From Orbicella franksi (Eukaryota): a stretch of DNA of 64,000 bases. A program made the translations under genes and the position numbers. Each line of letters opens with the position of its first letter. Within the stretch, counting starts at the first letter, position 1. Positions 34,401 through 44,800 of the stretch are shown here, piece by piece. The notes below the pieces were generated by a model. It was not told where the DNA came from, ran no database searches, and saw nothing but the letters and a program-made list of their open reading frames with translations. The stretch spans positions 5,084,001 to 5,148,000 of the forward strand of contig OZ116712.1 of assembly GCA_964199315.1 (NCBI GenBank), written 5' to 3'.

Positions 34401-37150
34401 TCACGGGGAGCAAGGTCATGTTACTGTTCCTAAAACACCTGGGTCTGGCATATTTCCCTATCACAAGTAGGGGTAGCTTCTCTGTGCCATCCTGGTTGCA
34501 GGCCACAAGGACTGTCACGCGATCTTTACTTCTCTTACCACCGGTGCACTTTTCTCCTCTCAGGTTAAGCGTTTGAGTAGGGGTAGCTTTCCACATAAAT
34601 CCTGTTTCGTCAGCATTGAAACGATCCTTCATGCTATAGCTGCGGCAAATATCCGGGAGACACTCGCTCCAATTTTCGACAATATCAGGATCTACACTTT
34701 TCTCTTCACCACATACAGCTTGGCCTGTAATTCCCTGTCTTTCCTTGAATTTTTCTAGAAAGCCATTACTTGCCTTGAAGTTCTCATACCCTAACTGTTG
34801 TGCAAAATACAGGGCTTTTTCTTGCAGCAGCGTTCCACTAACTGGGATGTTCATACCTCGAGCCTTCCGAAACCATTCAGACAGTGCTTTGTCAAGATCT
34901 GGAAAAGTCGCCTGCTTCATCTTCTTTCGTTTGTCTGTGAAGAATCCTCCTTCATAGGCACTAATAATCTCATCCTTTTTCTTCATAATGGTCGAGATTG
35001 TAGACTGAGACAAAGGAGGATCAAAACGCTTTGCAGCGACAGTGTTTTTCTCCCCATCCTTGATTGCTTTACCAGTTTATATTTCTCTTCCAATGTCAGC
35101 ACCCTTCTCTTCTTGGTCTCTTTTTTTTTGGACTGCGACCGCGATGTGGAAGCACTAGGAACGGGAACTGTTACGCTTTCTTCTGCTGCACTCTCTAGGC
35201 TTGCTCTAGGCTTAAACTGCTTTCGATGAAAAGTGCCAAATTCAACAGAGATATAGAGGCACAAAATACGGCGAGGTATTGCAGGACGTGCTGGAATTTT
35301 TGGAATCTAACACCTTTTGATTGCTCAACAGGGTATCATGTCAACTTTCACAGGAAATTGAAGGTCTCTCGCTATTCACCGTGAAACTAGCGACAGGTAG
35401 CGAAACGGTGAAGCGACTTGTTGAGTTTTAAAACAGACAGCAATGAGCAACACAACATATTCTTTTCGATCTTGTATTCGAGGCTACCATGCGTATAAAG
35501 ATATCTGGGATGCAGCTGTTGGTGAAGTTCTGGATTGTGAGGTAAGCCCTTAAAAGGAATCGTTTGTAGTTTTGACAGGTTATGAGCAAACTGAGTGATT
35601 TTACATCTATATTTTCTGCAGCACGAGCCTGACAACCCACACGACACCCATGCTGTTGCCGTTAAACGGGTTCAAGACCAGGAAGGGACAGAAGGGACGC
35701 TTCAGACCGTGGGCCATGTGCCATTGACACTTTCACGTGTCTTCCATTTATTTTTTAAAGCACGGAGGGCAAATATCAGTGGAAGTGGCTGGTAAACGAA
35801 GAAATAAGGGCATTGGACTCGAAATTCCAGCAATTTATTCCTTTTGCCACAAGAAGCCATCAAGGATAAAGAAGTTAATAGAACTCATAAAAGACAAAGA
35901 GGATAAAGTCGAAATGTAGATGCTTTTATATGTTTGTATGAAATTATGTAAACAGCTGTAATGGGCTGTTGCCCTCGTGTTACAGGATTAAAGAAATGTC
36001 ATCCTTGTTAGTTTGTTTTGCATTCATCTTTTGTCACATGTTGACATTTATTCGTTATATCGAGGTATATTTTACGTTTGGGCGTCTGGATTGTGTTCGT
36101 TATAACGAGGATTTCGTTATATCGAGGTTCGTTATATCGAGGTTTTGCTCCATACATTTTACTGTAATTTTGGCCAGGCTGAAGAAAATCGTTCGTTATA
36201 TCGAGGACTTCGTTAAATAGAGGTTCGTTAAATCTAGGTTCCACTGTAAATAAAACTAACCAGAGCTAGTAACTAGCAAACCAACTACTACGAGTTTTCA
36301 TATTGTATGTTGTCTACATACAATGCTTTGAATTTTGGCATTTTGGCAGCCCCTAAATACCTTCTCCTAGTTCATTAACAGTTATGTCTGACTACGTAAG
36401 CCATGTTGCTGTGTTAATAAGCTGTGTAGCCAAACTGTCCGATAAGTCATATAGCCACACTTAGTCAATACTTCCATTCTGGAGAAAATTTATGGTCTCC
36501 ATTGCACTGATTTTATCTTCAACTGCGTAAACAACGCAAGTGGCTACTCTTATACAGCTGTAGAATGCAGATTATTCTGCAGTCTCCCCCGCTTCACAAC
36601 ATCTTACTTGTAAACAGAAGCTACAATGTAATATGAGTGAGCTTAAGTCTGAAATAGGGGCCGGGTGTACTGGAGCCTCACTCATGATTTAAATTTTTTG
36701 GCGACTTCTCTGCTAAAAAAAAGTTTGCTGATCTCAGATCTCAACTATCAGTTGAAAAACACTTCATTTTTGAGCTGACAAACCCATCTAGTAGATCCTC
36801 TAAGCATTGCATAACCTCTAATCTGACTGATTTAGTGGAGCTACATGTAAAAATGAAAAAAAAAAAATCACCTCCCGGCTTCTTGTCGAAAGTTGCATTT
36901 AAAGTACACTAAGCGTTCGTCTACGGAGTCTTCGCTGTTTAATATCGCTAGAGAGTAGAAAGAATCTTTGATCCAAAAGGAAGATTTGATCAAAACAATT
37001 CGCACAGATCTTCACTCACCCTCCACCTTTCCAAGTTTTGTACTGGACCACAGCGCATGGTTTCCCTCGTAATTCTGGATTTCGCCTTTGCTCGACTTGC
37101 ACATAGAAGCAGTCCATATCCACAAGAGCTACAATACGATCTAAAGCCAT
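25496..37150 (-). CDS. POLH: DNA polymerase eta (Y-family translesion polymerase), 9 coding exons, 694 aa
   Basis: Exons (minus): 37150-37020 (MALDRIVALVDMDCFYVQVEQRRNPELRGKPCAVVQY), 31849-31604 (IIAVSYEAR..ERASVDEAYLDLT), 31196-30953, 30202-30099 (MLAKLCGGRHKPNKQT), 29973-29854 (RNMGGKLG), 29166-29043 (PRQLAKSTGCGKNFPGK), 28468-28403, 28040-27874, 26378-25496 (UBZ CEKC..EHLDYHFA, NLS PPKKKQR, PIP-like TIQSFF). Total 2085 nt, frame intact. Confidence 0.96.
26480..26880. repeat. Minisatellite of alternating 20-22-nt units (AAAAGTCGTGTTGAGTCGG / AAAAGTCGTGCGACACTCGTGG)
   Basis: Seen directly in the last intron of POLH. Confidence 0.88.
27090..27290 (-). mobile_element. tRNA-derived SINE, family A
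   Basis: Inverse homolog of 3560-3810. Confidence 0.8.
29290..29700. repeat. 106-bp tandem repeat, about 4 units
   Basis: GCATAATAAACAG recurs at 29343, 29449, 29555 and 29661. An inverse array lies at 61105-61300. Confidence 0.9.
32570..32704. repeat. Long imperfect palindrome, terminus of an interspersed repeat starting at about 32225
   Basis: CTTATTAACCGAGC..GGTCTGTATGGGAGAATCTTGAC pairs with TCAAGATTCTCCCATATAGACC..GCTCGGTTAATAAG. Confidence 0.75.
33526..35264 (-). pseudogene. Disabled pogo/Tigger transposase (CENP-B HTH + DD30D)
   Basis: KRRVLTLEEKYKLV, CENP-B-like HTH (LDKALSEWFRKAR..KASNGFLEKFKER), catalytic NADETG / FLDNCTSH / LQPADQG (30 residues between D2 and D3). A -1 frameshift near 35068-35070 and an in-frame TGA at 33739-33741. 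C-terminus QSSLKEFFD. True start codon uncertain. Confidence 0.92.
35443..35919 (+). pseudogene. Spliced HIRAN-domain-like cargo ORF inside the pogo element, one frameshift
   Basis: Exon 35443-35541 MSNTTYSFRSCIRGYHAYKDIWDAAVGEVLDCE; 80-nt GT-AG intron 35542-35621; exon from 35622 HEPDNPHDTHAVAVK..VGHVPLTLSRVFHLF; an extra T in the run at 35751-35756; then LKHGGQISVEVAGKRRNKGIGLEIPAIYSF..stop 35919. Matches the HIRAN pattern GxxY..EPxNxxDxxAVxV..GHVP by eye. Confidence 0.72.
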
Positions 37151-37395
37151 CTGTAGTGATAATTACAGAACAAAGACGCCACACCAATCTTTCTTGCAGT
37201 GCAGAGCGTCGTTACGTTTCGCGGCCATTTTGAATTTCTGTCTAGTCACGTGCCTGGGGTTGAGGGAAGGAGTGACTGAGGGAGGATGTGAGGGTAGTAA
37301 CCCGGCGGGGGCGGAGTGCACTGCCATATATGGACTATGAAGGTATGTGCCGCTGTGAAGGGAATGGGTTTTCAAGCAGTTTACTCTAGGATGGT

Positions 37396-37429
<34 letters not shown>

Positions 37430-37459
37430 GTATCATTTTTCACAAAACTGACTAGTTGG

Positions 37460-37497
<38 letters not shown>

Positions 37498-37620
37498 CAC
37501 TCAAAAATATAAAAAAAATCAAATCAGCAAGTTTAAATTTACGCAAATCAGCCTCAACAGTGTCGATAGATGGGGGGATTTGGGGAGTTTACTCTAGTAT
37601 AGGGTAGCAAAATTCAGCTG

Positions 37621-37651
<31 letters not shown>

Positions 37652-37950
37652 GGTCCCAGCGGCACATCCCCACTCAGAAATTCCCAAAGTACCTCCCCCG
37701 GGGGTAGTAAATGTGGTGTTTAAAAGGAAATAGACAATAATCAAACGCACAAGGGCAATTTCTAAAAATAATTCAAAAGAATACAGTTCAGAAAGCTATA
37801 TTTTCCAATAACCAGGATCTAACTTAAGAAATGAACGTAAACCAGAAGCATATCAACATGCAACATCCAGCGAATATTGATTACCTCTCTCCTCCCCCAG
37901 ATGGTAAAATTCTGCGACTTCTGCTCGCAGCGAGGCACAGTGTAAACAAG
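37151..37950. promoter_or_regulatory. Probable bidirectional promoter between head-to-head POLH and ASPP-like genes
   Basis: Start codons are 800 bp apart and divergent. YY1-like motifs CAAAATGGCCGC (minus, 37221-37232) and CAAGATGGCCG (+, 37946-37956). No transcription start data. Confidence 0.6.
37301..37702. mobile_element. Non-autonomous DNA element (MITE) with CCCGG..CCGGG termini and 8-bp TSD
   Basis: Perfect direct repeat GGTAGTAA at 37293-37300 and 37703-37710. Inverted G/C-rich ends. Confidence 0.8.
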
Positions 37951-40900
37951 ATGGCCGGAGCGGAAGGCAGAGTAAGTGAAATTCAAGTGCTATATTTGTC
38001 CCGGTTTTTGTCGTAATCGATTGTTATTTGATACTTTCTGGGGAACGCTTTGTCACAAGAAGCAATACTTCTTTTAATTGAGAGCGTTTGAGGTTATTCT
38101 CTTCTCCAGAAATAGGAAAATTGAGCCGGAAAATCGTCAACGGAAAATATATTGCACATTGTTTTTAGAATCTTTTGTTGACGATATGGGTGACTGAATG
38201 TGGCTGAATGGTGTTTATTTGTCAAAAGGTGCCACATTCAGCTCATACCTTGAAGAATGAACAAGGTAAAAATGAAATTTTAAATTACATCGATGCTCCA
38301 AGAAGTAAAGAAACAAAACGTAAAGAGTTACAACACATACGTTGCGAAATAATAGAAATATAGATTAAATAGGGACGTCGTCATATTGATACGTGAATTC
38401 CCGTGTTGTAAAGAAGATCTTGATTTTGATACGTGCCTCCGACTTGATTAAAACGACCATTTTGTAAAAAGAAGTCATCAATTAACCAAAGGTGGACCGC
38501 TAAATGGTACAATTTACATGTAGGGTGTCATCAATGAATGAGTATTTTTTATAGCTGTAATATACACCTTGCATTGTATCCCGTTCATCCAAGTCATAAT
38601 ATCACCTAATCACCGTTGTACGAGCGAATATCCTACCAAGAATTTACTGCATATAGCTTTTCTGTATTGCATTCACGTACTTTGATCTCAAGCCAACCTT
38701 TTTTTTTGTATAGCAAATAGTTCTGTGAGGTGCATGTCACAAATCATGAAACTCTGTAGAGTATTGTTGTCAAACCGAAGGATAAAAAAACATCAGAATT
38801 TGAATACAAACAGTGGATTCTTCGAAGCTATGCACTTTGCGGTAAAGTTCCATTATATTTATTTCGTTATCTTCCATTATTTATTGCCGAAAAACTGTGG
38901 AGCTCTGGTAGTAATAACACTGTTCAATATTTATATAAGTTCAAATGAAGGAAAAAATTATTGTATGTACCATACGGTAGCAGGTTGATGTTCTTGAGTC
39001 ATAAATGTTTTATAGCATTCAGTTACTTGTAGTTAATGTCTACAGATGAGGCGTGAAAAAAAGGTCAGATCCAGCAAAACTTCTAATCATCACTTCGTTG
39101 TAGAAGGTTAATATTGTGTAATTATTTCAAATTTGTTCGTCTTAAATTAATGACAAAGATATGCTTATTTGTTTTAACGTTTCTATTGTATTTTGCATGT
39201 TCCTTCACAGCAAGGCTTCTTCTATTTCAAATTGGTAATTTTAAGCTATTCTTAAGCATTGACAGAGTTTTAAGTATCTCTTTAAGATTGAAGTCATTTG
39301 AAATTTGTTGTTTGATTAAAATGCATCCTGTTCCATATACCAGGTCATGCAAACTTAATACTCTATGCCCTCAATGCATATTTTCTGCTAGGTAAACTGC
39401 AAAGTGATAGGATTTAGAACTTTGCATTCCACTCATTCTTATATTGATTTATATTCCTTATCATGCTGTTTTTCTCATGCTCAGCTGAGGTTCAAAGTTT
39501 ATCTTGATGAGGGACAGAGAGTAGCTGAAATATTTGTTACGCCAACCACAAAATGCCAAGATATTGTGCAAAGACTTCAGCGGCAGATACAGGAGCCAGA
39601 TTGCTTTCTTATAGAAGTTTGGCAAGGATGTGGTAGGTTACATGCTTCCAATTTGTTTACTTATTAATAATGAAATGTTCTCTCTGTTGGTCAGAGCTGC
39701 AATTTGTGGAGTCTCTTTTAAAGTCAGTACTGAAGTCTTGACAGCAAAATAGAACTGTCAGTGGCTTTTTTAACCGCATTTTTTTGTAAGCTTGATGCAT
39801 TCATAGATTAGTAATCTGCAGCAATATTGCTGTCAGTAATTGAATTCTCCACAATGAATGCTAGTGTGGACTTCTAAGATGCATTGTAAGGTGAATCCTT
39901 TATTTGCAAATAAACATTTTTGTGCATTTCAGTCCAAACTGAGCCAGTCAGTTTCTCAGCAGTGGATATTTAGCTCATATTAGTGTACTCCGAGATGGTC
40001 TCTGTAAATGGTTATCATTAAATTTACTCTCTGGCCAAATGGAGGAATTTGGATCCATGGTTAAATGGGATAGTAAATTTTGCAGGAATGTTGATCTTGT
40101 AAATGGATGTGGGAATTTGTACATGATTGTGTATTTAATACTGACAGCTAGAGAGTGTTCAGGCATAAATGCATTAAAACGTTTTGTGTGTCACAACACA
40201 TTACATCTACTCACCCTCGTCTATGAAGACTGTACATGTTTTAATTCAATAGGTCTCTAAAAAGTTGTTTTTTCTTTAAAGCTGTGCAGGTTTGGAACTA
40301 ATGAACTGCTCCAAAACACTAACATTTGTCTCTCACTAGTCACTTTACGTTGTACATGTCGGTAATCTGAAGAACAATGTGTATGCGAATTGTGACATTG
40401 TTCTTGGAACTTTGTTTTGATGTTTGTTGTGACATTCAGTATAATCTAGGTCAGTGTTATTTGAAAAAAAAAACATGATTTAAGTTTTACCAGCAATTGG
40501 CAGCAAAGATAGTATTTGCCTGCTTTTTAGGGTTTGTTTTCTACTGTCAGAAACTATCCACATAAAGACTGGTACATTACAGGGGTTTCCTTAAGGGCTG
40601 GGCACCAGGCAAATTGACCAGCTGTGAGGATGATTTTGCCCACCTGGAATCTAGCGGAACATTTTAAATTCTTTTAAAGAAGTTCAGCTGTTCCAAGTGT
40701 TTTGCCCGCCTGTGAAAACCAGTTCCCCTCCTGCAGACAACACTGATACCCCTGGTGATTATCGATGTGTAAAACCAGTACATCTCTTGGTAAAAGCCAA
40801 TTTCAACAGCATATCTGCTATATTGGGCATGTATCCATGGACATCCTGGTGTGATGTATAATGTAAGCAAATTACACTCATCTCTGTTACTCTGTTAACA

Positions 40901-41803
40901 AAATCCTTTTCAACATCTTCTTTCTAAAGAGCGCCTTGTGCCTGATAATGAGTTGATCCTCAGCACGCTACTTGAATGGGGTAGTGACCTGGATGATGTG
41001 AAATTTTACCTTCGCCCAAGGGAGGACACACCTTCTTATTCACAAGTTGTGAATGGTAAGATCTGTCTTAATTCAGTACATTGTACACTGTACCCATTTT
41101 ATTTAAACACCCCCTTATTGTGGACACCCGCTTAATGTGGACACCCACTTAATGAGGACACCCACTCTATGTGTCTGAACACCCACTTACATATAATTTG
41201 TACACCCACTTATTGTGGACACCCACTTCAAGTGAACATCACATTAATGCAGACATCTTTTTATTATCATAGCTCCATCTACATGTAACAGCTCATACAA
41301 TTTGTTTTAAAAGTAGAAATTTGTAATAAATAGAATTTTTCCAATTTACGTCATATGGCAGTTGATTTAAAGTTTTTTTTGTTTTTTTTTCAGGACCACC
41401 AGCTCAGAGAGTTAATGGCTTCAAAGAAGAACCACCACTTTCAAGAGATGTGGTAAGAATTAAAATCTTCCATCAATCCTCCTCCAGAATACCTTCCACC
41501 TCCCACCTTACAGGGTGACTGACTTGGGGCCCCAGGTACACACTGAGCTATTCTCCAACAAGAGGGAATTTAGACGCACCTTAGTGAAGTTGTACCCCTG
41601 TGTGGGATGCCCCAACCATGGGGGTGATGGAGTTAAGGCAGGGAGGTGGAAGATGAAAGATTTGGAAGCAGCTATACCAATGTAGCAGAAACCAGGAGAA
41701 ATTCAAATAGCATAAAATTCTGATACTGAAATATCTGTTTACTTATTTACAGTGTCCCCAATTAGCACATTAGTGCTAAATACACCGACACTTAAATAAA
41801 GTG

Positions 41804-41883
<80 letters not shown>

Positions 41884-44800
41884 GATTATTGTATTTGGGA
41901 TGCATCATACAGTACATGGGGAACTGATGGTTAGTGTAAGAACTGGACTTGAAATCAGGCAGTCTGAGGTCAAGCTCAAGGTCATTGCCTCTCTACAACT
42001 AGGGATATTAATGGGTAAAGACTGACTTAATGCTAGAGGTAATCCTAATGGATAAACTTTATGGTTATGCTTTATGCTTACAGTGTAGGAGTGTATCTCT
42101 GAAATTAAGCACTGGCCTGTTGGGTCAATTGTACAATGTTTTATGCACTCAGTCAATGTTTTAAAACATGCGAAACTTTAGCAAATCATTCTTGTTGTGA
42201 TTTGTTCCTTTTTTTTACCAGCTTTTAGGTGGCAGTAGAACTTCCGTTAACGACCTTAAAGAACTGGCTGCCAGACAACAGCAAGAGATCGCAGCCAAAG
42301 AAAAAGAGCTGAAAGCGAGACAAGTACAGTTAATGGAGATGAAAAGAAAATCGCAAAGCAAACCTCAGAATCCATATATACAGCAGTTATCGGCAAAGGC
42401 CGATGAACAAGATAAGCGACTGAAAGAATTGCGGCATGTACAGGATCAAGTGGACTCTTACAAACTTAGCAATAGTGCTTTAGGTAGGTCTTGGATGTTG
42501 GCCATTTTCTTAACAATTGCTAAAAGAAAACTACAAGCCATGGTTAAAGGAACAGTTGACTTAGGTCCTGTCCACATTACGCTGTACGTAGAAATTTGAC
42601 TGAAAACGCAGCTTTATTTCTGCGGCTAGGCGTTCCGTCCACACTACTCTGTCACGAAAACGGAGCTTTTCGAAAACGCTCTTCAAACCTGAGAATTTGA
42701 AAATGCCGGCTTTGCGTTTTAGTGTGGAGGGAAAACATTTTGAAAGCGGAGCTTTTCGCAAACGATGATACAGGTATCGCGATAACGAATCATTTGATTT
42801 CCCTGACCGAGTCTTCCTCAAGCAAAAATCCAAAATGGCCGGGAGTTGTTGCGTTTTCAAATTCCTTCGGCGTAATGTGGACGGGGCCTCATTGCAATTT
42901 TTACGCTTTCGTGATTGGCTGGGCTCAACTGAAAGCCATGCTAACTGGAAATTTCCTTGTTTAAGCTGAGGAGCTGGACAACGTTCGTTCCTTGTTCATG
43001 GAAAAAGAAAAAGAGCTGGCTATCGCCGTGGCTAAAGTTGAAAGTCTCACTCAGCAACTGGATAAACAAAGAAAAGGCTGGTCCCAGTCGTCTCCGAGTC
43101 GAGAGAAAACACACCAAGAGCTGGAGCTGGAAAGACTTAGGAAGGAGTTAATGGTGAGAATGCGTGACATTACGCTGTACAATTTGTGACGCAAATATTG
43201 CGTCACACCACTTTTTATCTATCTCCAATTTGTCATAAAACATAGGTTTGCTAAGAAAGCTAGCCATTTAGGAAAGCTTAAGGAAAATGGAAAGAACAGG
43301 AAAAACTTTCTCAATTTTTTTCCTTCTTCTTTCTTTTCTTATTTCAGATGAGGAATGAACTTAACCACCAGCAGAGCGTTCAGATCCAGTCACAGAAACA
43401 ACTTCTCGCTGAAAAACACAAAGAACTGTTTGAATTCGATGCTCAGATCGATAGATACACCAACGACTTGCGGCAAAAACGATCACAGAACAACCACATC
43501 AACCCACCAAACTCTCGCTTAAATGGTGCTGCCTCGCCCACAGACGAGCAAAACTTTGTTGACATGGATTACAGTAATTTTGCTAGTTCACCGAAGCAAA
43601 CGAACAAAACTAACAAAACGGACTCCAACTCGACGGGAAGTTTACCTGCTACTTCTGGTTCCTTCCGCGGGCGTGCGCGTAACTCCAGGAAGTTAGAAAC
43701 GTTGCTCGAAGTAGAGGAAGAAATCTCTGATGGTCACGCAAGTAATAAGTCTTCCACGGAAGATCTCACGCAAGGACCAGGACCTCCTAGAGCGTCACGC
43801 GTGACGGCGCTGAAGTCACGCTTTGAGGCTGAAGGAGCTAACGAAGGCGGGAAGCATTGGAATTCCCACAATACAGAGTCAAGAGTTAACAAAGAGTTTG
43901 CGTCGTCTGCAAAATTGTCAAACGGTTCTTCTACTCCAGCGCGCCGCATATCACCCGAAGGAGTAGAAACTCCACCATCTCCCGCACCTGAAATGTTTGA
44001 CCTTGACGCTGTCCATTCAGTTTCAGAAGAGAGAGAAAAACCTTCCTACAGTATGGATGAGTTCGTGGACATTTCATCCATGAGAATAAAGTCACCCGGA
44101 CAAGATGAAGTAGAAAATATGGAGACACAGAATGCAACAGTGCAAGAGAACGCGTTCGCGGTCCCGCACTCCTTAGAAATAAAGAATATTTTGGGTGAAT
44201 TAGATTTCAAAAGTGAAGAACCTTCTTGTAGTACGCAGAGTTCTACTCCCAGCGATGAAGGTGACCTCTCCGGACCTAGTTCACCCTCGTCGCTTTCGTC
44301 TTCGTCCTCTATCTCGTCAAATTCTACCAGTCCAGCTAAAACTGCGATTTTTGCGATCACGGGTGTTGCTAAGAAGCCCAATAGCTTTCCTCGTCTTTCA
44401 GATCCGCCTCAACAACGAATCGCAGAAACAGGTAGCAAAGCTTTACCTTTAGAAGGTCTCCAAGGGCTTAAAACTGCTGAACATCAGTATGCTCTTCAAA
44501 GATTATCTTCTAACACTAAGGACTTGGAGCCTTTTAACTCAAAACCAGAGAAACCAAGTAGTGGTGTTTTAACTGGCGAGAGAAGCGCTGAAGATTTCCC
44601 ATTACAAACTCGTCTGGTTAAATCGGAAGCCATTCCGACTAAGAACGAAAATGTCGGTTCTATAGCGCGGGCGACCGTGCTAGATTTTTCGAGAACTGGG
44701 ACGAAACCCAAACGATTTGGTGAAATGAGTATAAAGCAAAACGAAGCGAGTGTTAGTAGCGATGCACAAAAAACGCTCAGATTTGCTGAGATGAAGGCTT

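Larger units (their letters stand above)
33050..36246 (-). mobile_element. Full-length pogo/Tigger DNA transposon (3197 bp) in POLH intron 1
   Basis: 23-bp TIRs CAGTGGAACCTCGATTTAACGAA (33050-33072) and its inverse at 36224-36246 (1 mismatch). TA on both flanks (33048-49, 36247-48). Many subterminal TTCGTTATATCGAGG repeats. Internal transposase. Confidence 0.95.

Noticed and set aside
41801-42025. Poly-Ile ORF
   Set aside because: (ATT)n microsatellite artefact.
42222-42228. Alternative acceptor (CTTTTAG) in ASPP exon 5
   Set aside because: It would shift the frame by 7 nt; the upstream AG keeps the conserved frame.
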